The notes: generated from the sequence alone by a model not told the origin. 64,000 nt of DNA from Candidatus Poribacteria bacterium (GCA_965215015.1 OZ244042.1:5504001-5568000); one strand, 5' to 3'; shown: positions 10,204 through 19,831, numbered from the stretch's first letter. Program-made: numbers and translations.

Positions 10204-10365
10204 TGGGAGTTACGTACTTCAGTAGGCCACACGGATAGTTGTTTCCTACGGATTCCTTATGAAGCCTCTGCTGGAGTTGCCCGATTCATCGGGCGTTCGC
10301 AACGGTGTCCATGGCGATAAATCGCCGAACGACACGGCTTTGAGGGTTCAACTGCGTAAGTCCTA
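10204..10365. mobile_element. MITE, 162 bp, 13-bp imperfect TIRs, 5-bp TSD CTTTT
   Basis: Ends TGGGAGTTACGTA and TGCGTAAGTCCTA; CTTTT at 10199-10203 and 10366-10370; internal GCCCGATTCATCGGGC and GGCGATAAATCGCC palindromes related to those in the 17540 and 46651 copies. Confidence 0.8.
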
Positions 10366-10497
10366 CTTTTTTATATGAACCCCGTAGGTCGGACACCAAT
10401 GAACAAATTGTTTTCACGTTTCATGTTCTTAGCGTTTGGCACGGGCTTTGTTTAGACATGAGTCTTGATATTAAATCTGGAGTAACAGGGAAAAACA

Positions 10498-12324
10498 ATG
10501 TATCTCACCAAGCATTCCAGTATGAACCAGTCCAAAAATAAATTATATCTTCTTCTCGGGCTGCTTGCTATCTATCTGCTGTTGACAGTCGCGACTGTCT
10601 TTGGTCAAGATGCGACCGACACAGAGTACCGCCCCTTCCCGATGATCGGCAGCCGCAACGCCGCTTGGATCGCTGCCCAACTGCATCTATTGTTCGGGTC
10701 CTTCATCTTGGGTGTTCCGATGTTCGCAGTTGTTATTGAGTTTGTTGGGATGAAAACGAAGGACAAACGATATGATAAGATGGCACAGGAGTTCATCAAG
10801 CTGTGCATGGGAGCGTTCTCAACGACTGCCTTGATGGGTGGGGTGCTCGTTTTCATCCTCATCTGGTGCTACCCCAAAGTGATGAACAAAATGACAGGAA
10901 TCTTCGGGCCGACGATGATTTTCTACGTCTTCCTGTTCTTCGGAGAAACCTTTACCCTTTATCTCTATTCTTACGGGTGGGATCGGATGCAGGGCAAGGT
11001 GTCCAAAATGTGGCACCTGTTTCTCGGTGTGCTCCTAAATGTGTTCGGTACAGCGATTATGTTCGTCTCTAATGCTTGGCTGACATACCAAACCAGTCCA
11101 GCGATTATGGGGCCCAAACCCGAACACAAGGCGATTCCGCTTCATAATGAGGAGACCGGCGAATTTATCGGTACAATGTGGCAGGCAGTCAATAACTACA
11201 CATGGATGCCAGTCAACATCCACCGCCTCATTGGGAATATAGCTTTTGGCGGCGCAATCGTCGGTGCTTATGCCGCCTTCCGTTTCCTTGCTGCCAAAAC
11301 GCAGGAAGATAAGGCGCATTACGACTGGATAGGATATACGGGCAATTTTATCGCACTGTGTGGACTGATTCCGTTGCCATTCGCAGGATATTGGTTGGGA
11401 CGAGAAATCTATATGTTCAACCAGACGATGGGCATCAACATGATGGGCAGCCTCTTCTCATGGTTGTTCATCATTCAGGCGGTAATGATTGGAGTGCTGT
11501 TTATTGGTGCGAACTACTACCTCTGGTCTGGTATGACCCGCATCGCAGGCGGGGAGAGATACGCCCGTTTTCGTCCCTACATGATTGCTATCATTGTTCT
11601 ATCTGTCGCAATCTGGATGACGCCTCGCACATTGATTATGTCGCCCAAAGAGATGGCTGCAATAGGTGGACCGAATCATCCGCTTATTGGATTTTTCGGC
11701 TTGATGTCAGCGAAGAATACGGTTGTTAATCTCATTATCTTAACGACTTTCTTGAGTTTTCTGTTTTATCGTCGATCCGGTAAAACGCCGACAGTGAGTT
11801 GGAGTAAAGCAGGCAATATCATCATCGCAGCGATTTTTGGACTGGCTGTCGCAGCAATTGTCATCATCGGGATCGCTGGATTCAAGGTCGTTAGCGATTT
11901 TCGCATCAATGTTCTTACGCCGGTGCAGGTAATAATCGCGTTAGCAGTCATGATCCTGGTAACTGTGATTGATCTGATTATGTATCGGAAAGCGATGCGT
12001 TCAAGTGAAATCAACTGGGGGCAGATGACAGACCGGTCGCAATATGTGCTGATTCTACTCGCTATTACCTTTACTTCGCTGATGGGATTGATGGGTTACG
12101 CCCGGTCGGGACTTCGAGAAGCATGGCATATTTTCGGTGTAATGCCCGACACCTCTCCGGATGCGTATACCTCTCTGCTCGCGGATGCCGTTAACATGAT
12201 TGCTATTATTATAGTGATTTTCTTCGCTTTAGTGGGCTTTATTTTCTGGCTCGGTTTGTGGGGCGATAAGAAAAAAGAGGTACCCCCACCTGTTGAAGCC
12301 GAAGCCCCCGCAGGGGACGATTAA
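10498..12324 (+). CDS. Cytochrome bd-like oxidase subunit I (divergent CydA superfamily, Nitrospira-type)
   Basis: AQLHLLFGSFILGVPMFAVVIE, FFGETFTLYLY, NIHRLIGNIAFGG, MGLMGYARSGLREAWHI; many TM helices; no cydB nearby. Confidence 0.85.
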   Translation: MYLTKHSSMNQSKNKLYLLLGLLAIYLLLTVATVFGQDATDTEYRPFPMIGSRNAAWIAAQLHLLFGSFILGVPMFAVVIEFVGMKTKDKRYDKMAQEFIKLCMGAFSTTALMGGVLVFILIWCYPKVMNKMTGIFGPTMIFYVFLFFGETFTLYLYSYGWDRMQGKVSKMWHLFLGVLLNVFGTAIMFVSNAWLTYQTSPAIMGPKPEHKAIPLHNEETGEFIGTMWQAVNNYTWMPVNIHRLIGNIAFGGAIVGAYAAFRFLAAKTQEDKAHYDWIGYTGNFIALCGLIPLPFAGYWLGREIYMFNQTMGINMMGSLFSWLFIIQAVMIGVLFIGANYYLWSGMTRIAGGERYARFRPYMIAIIVLSVAIWMTPRTLIMSPKEMAAIGGPNHPLIGFFGLMSAKNTVVNLIILTTFLSFLFYRRSGKTPTVSWSKAGNIIIAAIFGLAVAAIVIIGIAGFKVVSDFRINVLTPVQVIIALAVMILVTVIDLIMYRKAMRSSEINWGQMTDRSQYVLILLAITFTSLMGLMGYARSGLREAWHIFGVMPDTSPDAYTSLLADAVNMIAIIIVIFFALVGFIFWLGLWGDKKKEVPPPVEAEAPAGDD

Positions 12325-12351
12325 CAATCAAACGCAATTAGGACGAGAGCG

Positions 12352-13854
12352 ATGCAAAGAAAACTAATTAGAATTATTTGCCTAATTTTAATGAGTGTGA
12401 GTTTTATCGCCTACATCGCGAAAGCCCCGGCTTTCCCGATTGCTTCAGAAAACTTGCTGCCGTGGTCAACGTGGTTTTTTATCTTCGCTTTGGCGAATAT
12501 TATACTCTGGCAGAGTGTGGTAAAACTCCTGTCATTCTCGTTGATGGTCATCTGGTTCTATGCGTTTGCCGCCAGCATTATTCCAGAGACATCGACTGCA
12601 ACAGTTGACCTTGAGAACGTAGAGCGGACACCAGAAGCGTTTATTGAGGCCGGGGAGATAATCTTTAACGGGAAAGGGAAATGCAACACCTGTCACACGC
12701 TCGATACGTCTGCGCCACTGGGCCGTTGTCCCGATTTAACAGATGTCGGCACTCGCGCTGCGACACGCCAACCGGGGGTGACGGCGAAAGAGTATCTAAT
12801 TGAATCCACGTATGAACCACACAAATTCCTTGTCCCCGGCTACGGAAACATTATGCCGCCGGTCTGGAAACCCCCAATCAGTTTATCCGAGTTAGAAATC
12901 GAAACCGTTATCGCTTTCCTGCAAAGTCAGGGCGGCGAAGTGGATCTGACCCCATTTGAGCCCCCTATCGATATCGGAAGCGCGGAAGCGAGTGTGGAAG
13001 AACTGCCTCCCCTTCTCACCGGCGACCTTGAACGTGGTCAACGGGTTTTCGTCGAGGGCGCGAAGTGTATCGCCTGTCACGCTGTCGCTGGTATTGAGCA
13101 ACCTGCTGGTCAAACACTTGATGACGGTGTTGAAGTTGTCGCCGCCCCTGATTTGACGGAAATCGCCGCATTAAACAGTCTCCGTTATATTGAGGAGTCC
13201 ATCCTTGTCCCGAATGCCCAAATTGTGAGTGGATATGGTTCCGTCACGGTGAAAACCAGCGGTGCCACAATTCAGGGAACGCTTGGCACGCAAGATAATG
13301 AGAAGATCGTCGTGCGCGTTAAGGATGGAGCCGGTAATGAAGAAGAGCACACCATTCTATTGAGTGAACTCGATCCGGAACCGATTGAAGAACTAACAGA
13401 TTTAAAGGGAAAAGGATACTTCTGGATTCAAGTAACCCTTGCCGATACGGGAGCCACCGTAAGTGGAGACCTTGTAGAAGAAAACGATGAAAACATTACA
13501 CTTCAGATGGGTGGAGAACCCCAAACAGTTTCCAAGTCGAATGTGAAGGTTCAGGCGACGCTGATTGACTTTGATGAGAATGTTATTGTCGGGGAGTTGG
13601 TCTCGGAAAATGAGGACGAAATCACCTTAAAAGTTGAGGGCGAAGATCAGACTATCGATAAATTCGATATCGACGAGGGACCAACCTATAGCCGCGCTTT
13701 CGGCAAACGCCTTTATGTAACCTCCCCGATGCCGAATAACTTTCCGCTATTGCTATCGGTTTCAGACATGAGCGATCTACTCGCCTTTCTAGCAAGCTTA
13801 ACGGGTGCGACAGACGCAACAGTGGCTGAAGGAACAGAGGCAACCACTGAGTAA
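12352..13854 (+). CDS. Membrane-bound diheme cytochrome c
   Basis: Three N-terminal hydrophobic segments; CNTCH and CIACH; distal IMPP and SPMP; internal tandem beta-rich repeats. Confidence 0.9.
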   Translation: MQRKLIRIICLILMSVSFIAYIAKAPAFPIASENLLPWSTWFFIFALANIILWQSVVKLLSFSLMVIWFYAFAASIIPETSTATVDLENVERTPEAFIEAGEIIFNGKGKCNTCHTLDTSAPLGRCPDLTDVGTRAATRQPGVTAKEYLIESTYEPHKFLVPGYGNIMPPVWKPPISLSELEIETVIAFLQSQGGEVDLTPFEPPIDIGSAEASVEELPPLLTGDLERGQRVFVEGAKCIACHAVAGIEQPAGQTLDDGVEVVAAPDLTEIAALNSLRYIEESILVPNAQIVSGYGSVTVKTSGATIQGTLGTQDNEKIVVRVKDGAGNEEEHTILLSELDPEPIEELTDLKGKGYFWIQVTLADTGATVSGDLVEENDENITLQMGGEPQTVSKSNVKVQATLIDFDENVIVGELVSENEDEITLKVEGEDQTIDKFDIDEGPTYSRAFGKRLYVTSPMPNNFPLLLSVSDMSDLLAFLASLTGATDATVAEGTEATTE

Positions 13855-13870
13855 GGAGCGTTAAACCGCC

Positions 13871-14650
13871 ATGCAAAAATTATCTCTTTTCACAAAATGT
13901 CTAATCATATTTGTCGTGCTTTGGCTCTTCCTACGATTCTTCATCGGTGGTGCGTGGTCTGTGCCGTTGCCTGCCAGCGTAATTTCAATGTATCTGGGGC
14001 TTATTCTATTGGCGATTTTGGTTCACGTATCCGTCGAAGATGACAGGTTTCGAGAATTTCTGCGTCCCGTCAAAGAAACTTTGGCTGATGATAGTAGGAA
14101 GACAAGGCGGACCGTACTGTTCGTTCTTATTCCTTTGGTTATGCTCGGTTTTACCTTTTCTAAGGTATCTACCAAAGCAGATCCACCGGCCGCCTTGCGC
14201 ATTGCCCATCCGGCCCCACCCGATGAACTGACCTACCGCGACAAGGTTATCGGTCCCACTCAAGAGGTGGAAAACCCCTTCCGGCATCTTGAAAAAGATA
14301 ATAAAGAAGCCTTTAAAGCCCACGTGGATAATGGGCGTCGGGTCTATTATCAAAATTGCTTTTACTGCCACGGCGATGACCTTGATGGAGAAGGCCATTT
14401 CGCCCACGGCTTCAACCCGCCGCCTGCAAACTTTCAAGACCCTGGGATTATCCCAAACTTTCAAGAGTCTTTCTTCTTCTGGCGTATCAGTAAGGGGGGA
14501 CCCGGGCTGCCGCCATCTGCGACCCCGTGGGATTCTGCCATGCCGGTCTGGGAAGACTACTTGACAGCGGAGGAGATCTGGGACGTAATTCTCTTTCTAT
14601 CTGAGTACACGGGATATCGACCAAGGACATTTGGTGAAGCGGAGCACTAA
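13871..14650 (+). CDS. Membrane-bound monoheme cytochrome c
   Basis: Three TM helices, CFYCHG, PPANF, SAMPVWE. Confidence 0.9.
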   Translation: MQKLSLFTKCLIIFVVLWLFLRFFIGGAWSVPLPASVISMYLGLILLAILVHVSVEDDRFREFLRPVKETLADDSRKTRRTVLFVLIPLVMLGFTFSKVSTKADPPAALRIAHPAPPDELTYRDKVIGPTQEVENPFRHLEKDNKEAFKAHVDNGRRVYYQNCFYCHGDDLDGEGHFAHGFNPPPANFQDPGIIPNFQESFFFWRISKGGPGLPPSATPWDSAMPVWEDYLTAEEIWDVILFLSEYTGYRPRTFGEAEH

Positions 14651-14718
14651 GAGGTATGAGACAATCCCGAACCCCGAAAATTGATTGAGATACGGAATCT
14701 GGAGCAGAAGAAAAAAGA

Positions 14719-16449
14719 ATGAAAAAGCGATTTTACAAAAACATATTTCTGATTTTAATCACCGGTCCTATTCTACTGTTAGCGGTTTTTCCAATTATAG
14801 TTTTTGCCCAAGGTAAGCAAGCTCCCGCAGCCTCCGAAGCAGGAAAAGCACTGTATGACGATAAGTGTGCACATTGCCACGGTATAGAAGGGGCAGGCGA
14901 CGGGTCTGCAGCAGAAAACCTATTGCCAAGGCCGAGGGATTTCACGCGGGGGCTCTATAAAATCCGTTCAACGGAAAGTGGGCAATTGCCCACCGATCAA
15001 GATCTCTTTGACATCATATCAAACGGCATGCCGGGGTCTTCGATGCCCGCTTGGACAGATCTGACCGAGGCTGAACGCTGGCAGCTTGTTGCCCATATCA
15101 AAACATTCTACGATGGTTTTGAAGAGGCTTCACCACGGTTGATTGATGTGTCGAGGAAAGTACCGTATTCTGAAGAGAGTGTTGCGAAAGGGAAAGAATT
15201 TTACACCAATCTTGGGTGTGCTGATTGCCACGGGGTTATCGGCAGGGGCGATGGCACGTCCGCTCCAGATCTTACGGATGAGTGGGGCTTTCGCGCATGG
15301 CCCGCTAATCTATGGCAGCCATGGAATTTTCGAGGTGGTATGACAACTGAGGATATCTTCAAGCGATTCATTGGCGGCATCGCTGGATCGCCGATGCCCT
15401 CGTTCATCTCAAGTTTCCGGCTCGGTCTGACAGATGATGAATCGGCGCGTATGACTGAGTTAGAAGTCAAGATGGATGACGACGGCCTTTCAGCGGCGGA
15501 AGAGGAAGAATACGTAGGACTTGAAGAAAAGCTGTTTATGTTTGAAGATATCATGCTCAAGGTTGAAGAAGGTGAGAAACTCGGCCCTGACGAACAGACT
15601 AAACTCGATACAGCCTTGAAGCCGATTTTTGAGAAGAGTTGGCACCTCGCAAACTATGTAAAATCCTTAGGACCCGAGGATCGACCACAAGCGGCAGTTG
15701 GTGACAAAGTGCTACGTTCACAATATCGCGCCGGTGCATTGCCGGGCATGAACGATGAAGCGTGGAATGAAATTCAAAACGCTAGTTATTTTCCGCTGGT
15801 CGGTCAAATTGTTATTGACCCTCGACAATTCAATCCCTCAATCGATTCTGTAACGGCGAAGTCGTTCTATAATGATAGCGAAATCGCTTTTCTCTTTACA
15901 TGGGATGATCGGACGAAAACCCTTCCCCAGGTAGATGATGAAACCGGAGAAACGGTTGAAGATGCCTTAGCAATACAGTTTCCGGTGAAAATTTCTGAAG
16001 GTCCAACGGATCCGAAACCCTACTTTATTTGGGGCGATCGTCGTCCCGTCTATCTCTGGAGTTGGAGGGTTGCCGAACCGTCAACAGTTATAGAGATGAA
16101 TGCAAAGGGGATTGATAAAGCGACGGTCCAATCTACCCAAGGGCCAATACAGGCTGAAGGAGTTTACAGAGATGGACAATATCAACTATGGGTCAAAAGA
16201 TCGCTCACAACCGAGGATAGAAATGACGTTCAGTTTACACCGAGCGTATTCATACCCATCGCCTTTTCCGCATGGGATGGCGCAAATGGCGATATAAAAA
16301 CGAAGCGAGCGATTTCAACATGGTACACGTTCGTCCTCGATCCCGTTCCATCGAACAAGCGATTCGTCTATCCGCCACTGATTGCCCTAATCTCTGTCGG
16401 TCTCCTTTTCGGTTTGAGAAGTAGCGTCCAGAGACGACAAAATACATAA
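14719..16449 (+). CDS. Diheme cytochrome c fused to an ethylbenzene-dehydrogenase-gamma (EbdC/NxrC-like) domain with C-terminal TM anchor
   Basis: CAHCH, CADCH, PRPRDFT; FLFTWDD, DALAIQFP, IPIAFSAWDG...KRAISTW; C-terminal hydrophobic helix. Confidence 0.88.
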   Translation: MKKRFYKNIFLILITGPILLLAVFPIIVFAQGKQAPAASEAGKALYDDKCAHCHGIEGAGDGSAAENLLPRPRDFTRGLYKIRSTESGQLPTDQDLFDIISNGMPGSSMPAWTDLTEAERWQLVAHIKTFYDGFEEASPRLIDVSRKVPYSEESVAKGKEFYTNLGCADCHGVIGRGDGTSAPDLTDEWGFRAWPANLWQPWNFRGGMTTEDIFKRFIGGIAGSPMPSFISSFRLGLTDDESARMTELEVKMDDDGLSAAEEEEYVGLEEKLFMFEDIMLKVEEGEKLGPDEQTKLDTALKPIFEKSWHLANYVKSLGPEDRPQAAVGDKVLRSQYRAGALPGMNDEAWNEIQNASYFPLVGQIVIDPRQFNPSIDSVTAKSFYNDSEIAFLFTWDDRTKTLPQVDDETGETVEDALAIQFPVKISEGPTDPKPYFIWGDRRPVYLWSWRVAEPSTVIEMNAKGIDKATVQSTQGPIQAEGVYRDGQYQLWVKRSLTTEDRNDVQFTPSVFIPIAFSAWDGANGDIKTKRAISTWYTFVLDPVPSNKRFVYPPLIALISVGLLFGLRSSVQRRQNT

Positions 16450-16611
16450 GAATACCGTTTAGCTGCAACGAATGAGAGGTAAACCATAAACCAAAGAAAA
16501 TTTCTTTGATAGCAAAAAGGTTCAAATGTCCTGACTGTATTTGAAGCAGTCAAACATAGGTTCCTCTCACTTATAACCTGTTTCAACAATAATTTCAAAA
16601 GGAGTTCAATC

Positions 16612-17400
16612 ATGAAAACCAAAGTTGCTACAATCCTAACCCTGCTGATTACATCTGTTTATGCCACTATTGCCGCCGCTGCCGGTGGAGATGAAGCGGT
16701 CGAGTCGCTGGTTTTTCCGGCTTCCTATAAAGCGATGGCTGTTTCCAATGGGGGAACTATCAGTGGGATGGTAAAATTTGAGGGCACCGCCCCTGAGATG
16801 AAAAAACTGGAGATTACCAAAGACGCGCAAGTTTGTGATAAAACCCCCAAGTTCGATGAATCAGTTGTGCTTGGCGAAGGAAATGGTTTGCAAAACACCA
16901 TTATTTATCTGATGGACATCTCATCAGGGGCAGATTTTCCAAGCGATCCAAAGATTAAATATGAGATTGATCAGAAAGGCTGCCACTTTAAGCCGCATGT
17001 GCGCCTCCTTCCGGTTGGGAAACGACTGACCATGATCAATCCCGACAGAATTAACCATAACGTTCATATTTTTAGTTCCGTGAATCCTGCATTTAATAAA
17101 TCGCAGCCGGGAACGAGGCGAAAGATGAATGTTAAGGCGGTAAAGAAAGCCGAAGGGCCCGTGCCAGTTAAATGTGACGTGCACGGTTGGATGAAGAGTT
17201 GGATTGCGTATATCCCCCATCCGTATTTTGCGGTCAGCGACGAAAACGGGAAATACACGATTGAGAATGTTCCGCCGGGAACCTACAAGTTGGGGTATTG
17301 GCAAGAAGCCTGTGGCACAAATAAAGCCCAACCGGCCTCGGTTACTGTTGAGGCTGGAGGAACGGTTACCCAGGACTTTACACTCACACTCAACGAGTAA
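16612..17400 (+). CDS. Exported cupredoxin-like / carboxypeptidase-regulatory-like domain protein (paralog 2)
   Basis: Signal peptide; DQKGCHFKPHV, HNVH, CDVHGWM, VPPGTYKLGYWQE. Confidence 0.8.
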   Translation: MKTKVATILTLLITSVYATIAAAAGGDEAVESLVFPASYKAMAVSNGGTISGMVKFEGTAPEMKKLEITKDAQVCDKTPKFDESVVLGEGNGLQNTIIYLMDISSGADFPSDPKIKYEIDQKGCHFKPHVRLLPVGKRLTMINPDRINHNVHIFSSVNPAFNKSQPGTRRKMNVKAVKKAEGPVPVKCDVHGWMKSWIAYIPHPYFAVSDENGKYTIENVPPGTYKLGYWQEACGTNKAQPASVTVEAGGTVTQDFTLTLNE

Positions 17401-17539
17401 ATGCTGGAAATCCCTACGCTGAGAGCCACCGAGTTTTTCGGAAAAACTTCGGTGTCTTAGCGTTTACGGTATAAACCTCCGAAGTGTGCAGTTGATCATT
17501 TCTATGATGCCTTTGCAGTATCCAATTATTCATAAGACT

Positions 17540-17675
17540 TAGGAGTTACGCACTTGAGTTTGTCGTAACACAATTCAACCCGCGTCACCATAGCCGATTT
17601 GGGATGAACTGTCGCCGCCCGATGCATCGGGGGTTGAGAGGCAGATTCACCGGCGATAAATCGACGAACTACGAG
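17540..17675. mobile_element. MITE copy lacking its right end
   Basis: Starts TAGGAGTTACGCACTTGAGTTTGTC, colinear with the reverse complement of 46651-46900 up to CGAACTACGAG. Confidence 0.75.
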
Positions 17676-17884
17676 ATGCCTTTGAAGAAGCAGTTGAGGA
17701 TTACCTTCAAACCTGTGAAAAACTGAATTGCCCGCCTCAAAAGCCTTATTCTGGTAGTCTTATGTTACATATTCCACCAGAAGTTCATGCAGCGATTGCC
17801 ATGGCAGCGGAAGTCAGTGGAAAAAGTATTAATCAATGGGCGGCGGCTACATTCGTTGATGCGCTACAGACGAACCCACAATAA
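17663..17884 (+). pseudogene. hicB: HicB-family antitoxin, 3' remnant
   Basis: Translates DELRDAFEEAVEDYLQTCEKLNCPPQKPYSGSLMLHIPPEVHAAIAMAAEVSGKSINQW; in-frame TAA at 17657-17659 and no start for the N-terminal part. Confidence 0.8.
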
Positions 17885-17954
17885 CCAGCAATCGGAATAA
17901 AAGACGCCGAGAATTAGGGCTGTACGAGGAGGGTTTACAATCAAATCCTCTCCA

Positions 17955-18869
17955 ATGAAAATGCTTCTGGTTGAAGTGGAGAACCTTTCTTACGCTTACG
18001 CAGCTCGACGTGCACTTGCAGGTGTAACCTTTAGTATCTCGCAAGGGGAAGTCTTTGGATTTCTCGGCCCAAATGGCAGCGGTAAAACCACACTCTTTAA
18101 GATACTCTCTACCCTGATTCCGATTGATCAGGCTGCGGTCAATATTCTTGATTATGAGCTTGGCAGTGAATCACGGAGTATTAGACGATATCTGGGTGTG
18201 GTTTTTCAGCATCCAAGTTTGGATCAAAAACTCACAGTTACCGAAAATCTTCGACACCACGCCCATCTTTACGGCCTGTGGGGTAAAACGCTGAAGCAGC
18301 GAATCCAAGAAGTGCTCAACCAATTTGAACTGACAGATCGCACGCATGAGCAGGTGGAAACGCTCTCTGGAGGGCTACAAAGACGTGCGGAACTTGCAAA
18401 GGCGACCCTCCATCAGCCGAAACTTCTGTTATTGGACGAGCCGAGCACCGGACTCGATCCCGGAGCGCGCCGTAATTTCAGGGCATATTTGGCGGGCTTG
18501 CAAGAAACCACGGTTGTCTTGACAACCCACATTTTGGACGACGCAGAAGCGTGTGATCGTGTAGGGATTCTCAATGCGGGGGAGTTGGTTGCTATTGGAA
18601 CACCGGACGAATTGAAAGGTCGCGTTAGTGGAGATATTGTTATCGTTGATTCTCCCGCACCTGAACAACTCGCACCGAAAATAAACCAAAAGTTCGGGTA
18701 TACGGCCGCTTCGGTTGAGGGACGGTTACGCATCGAATGCCACAACGGGCATGAATTTGTTCGAGATGTAGTCGCTGCTTTCCCAACTGAGATTCGATCC
18801 GTGCGTGTCGGAAAGCCAACGTTGGAAGATGTTTTCATCAAACTCACGGGACGGCATTTTGTGGATTGA
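17955..18869 (+). CDS. ABC transporter ATP-binding protein (DrrA/NodI-like exporter)
   Basis: GPNGSGKTT, LSGGLQRR, LLLLDEP, TTH, PTLEDVF. Confidence 0.93.
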   Translation: MKMLLVEVENLSYAYAARRALAGVTFSISQGEVFGFLGPNGSGKTTLFKILSTLIPIDQAAVNILDYELGSESRSIRRYLGVVFQHPSLDQKLTVTENLRHHAHLYGLWGKTLKQRIQEVLNQFELTDRTHEQVETLSGGLQRRAELAKATLHQPKLLLLDEPSTGLDPGARRNFRAYLAGLQETTVVLTTHILDDAEACDRVGILNAGELVAIGTPDELKGRVSGDIVIVDSPAPEQLAPKINQKFGYTAASVEGRLRIECHNGHEFVRDVVAAFPTEIRSVRVGKPTLEDVFIKLTGRHFVD

Positions 18870-18904
18870 GATAAGAAGGGGCGGAGAATCGCGTAACTTC
18901 CTAC

Positions 18905-19831
18905 ATGAAAACGTTGAACAACATTTCGATTCCACATCCTTTTCCATATCAGGGAAGTAAGCGGGGAATTGCTCAATATATTCTTCTGCGTTTCCCCAGT
19001 TCTGTGCGTTGTCTGATAGAACCGTTCTGTGGCTCTGGTGCGGTTTCCATTGCCGCTGCTGCACATCGACTCGCAAAACAGTTTTGGCTTAATGACTTAA
19101 ATCAACCCTTGATGGAGCTGTGGACAGAAATATTGGAGAGCCCCAACGAGTTGGACAGAGGGTATGAAAAGCTTTGGCATGAACAACATCCCAATAAAAA
19201 AGAATTCTTCTTCCAAATACGTGACGAATTCAACACAACGCATCAACCACATCACCTGCTTTATCTTCTGGCACGAATCGTAAAAGGTTCTGTAAGATAC
19301 AGTGCTGAAGGCAAATTTAATCAGAGTGCTGATAATCGGCGTTGGGGTATGCAGCCCACAACCATGCGACAACAAATTCTTGGTGTCTCTACTCTGCTCG
19401 CTGGAAAGACAATGCTTTCGGCGGTTGATTTTCGCACGGTTGTGGTAAAAGCCAACAAAGACGATTTAGTTTATATGGATCCGCCTTACCAAGGCATATC
19501 CTTTACGAGAGACCATAGGTACTACAATGGGCTTTCCTACGATGAATTTGTGGATACCCTTCAAATAATGAATGAGAAAGATGTTTCATATATTATTAGC
19601 TATGACGGACAAACCGGCGAGAAAACTCATGGGAAGTTACTTCCTCATAAACTCTCTCTAAAACACCTGAACATACATACCGGTAGATCCAGTCAAGCTA
19701 CTCTCTTAGGCTACAACCATGAAACTGTTGAATCTCTATATCTGTCTCCTACGTTGGTAGAACGTTTGAACAGCGAAGAACGTGAGCTCGAAAAAGAACC
19801 ACAAATTCAGCTAGAATTTGCCCGTGTATGA
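18905..19831 (+). CDS. DNA adenine methyltransferase (Dam/D12 class)
   Basis: PFPYQGSKR, IEPFCGSGAV, LVYMDPPY. Confidence 0.92.
   Translation: MKTLNNISIPHPFPYQGSKRGIAQYILLRFPSSVRCLIEPFCGSGAVSIAAAAHRLAKQFWLNDLNQPLMELWTEILESPNELDRGYEKLWHEQHPNKKEFFFQIRDEFNTTHQPHHLLYLLARIVKGSVRYSAEGKFNQSADNRRWGMQPTTMRQQILGVSTLLAGKTMLSAVDFRTVVVKANKDDLVYMDPPYQGISFTRDHRYYNGLSYDEFVDTLQIMNEKDVSYIISYDGQTGEKTHGKLLPHKLSLKHLNIHTGRSSQATLLGYNHETVESLYLSPTLVERLNSEERELEKEPQIQLEFARV

Noticed and set aside
14719-16449. Nitrite oxidoreductase or ethylbenzene dehydrogenase operon
   Set aside because: No DMSO-reductase-family alpha or Fe-S beta subunit is in the window; only the gamma-like domain
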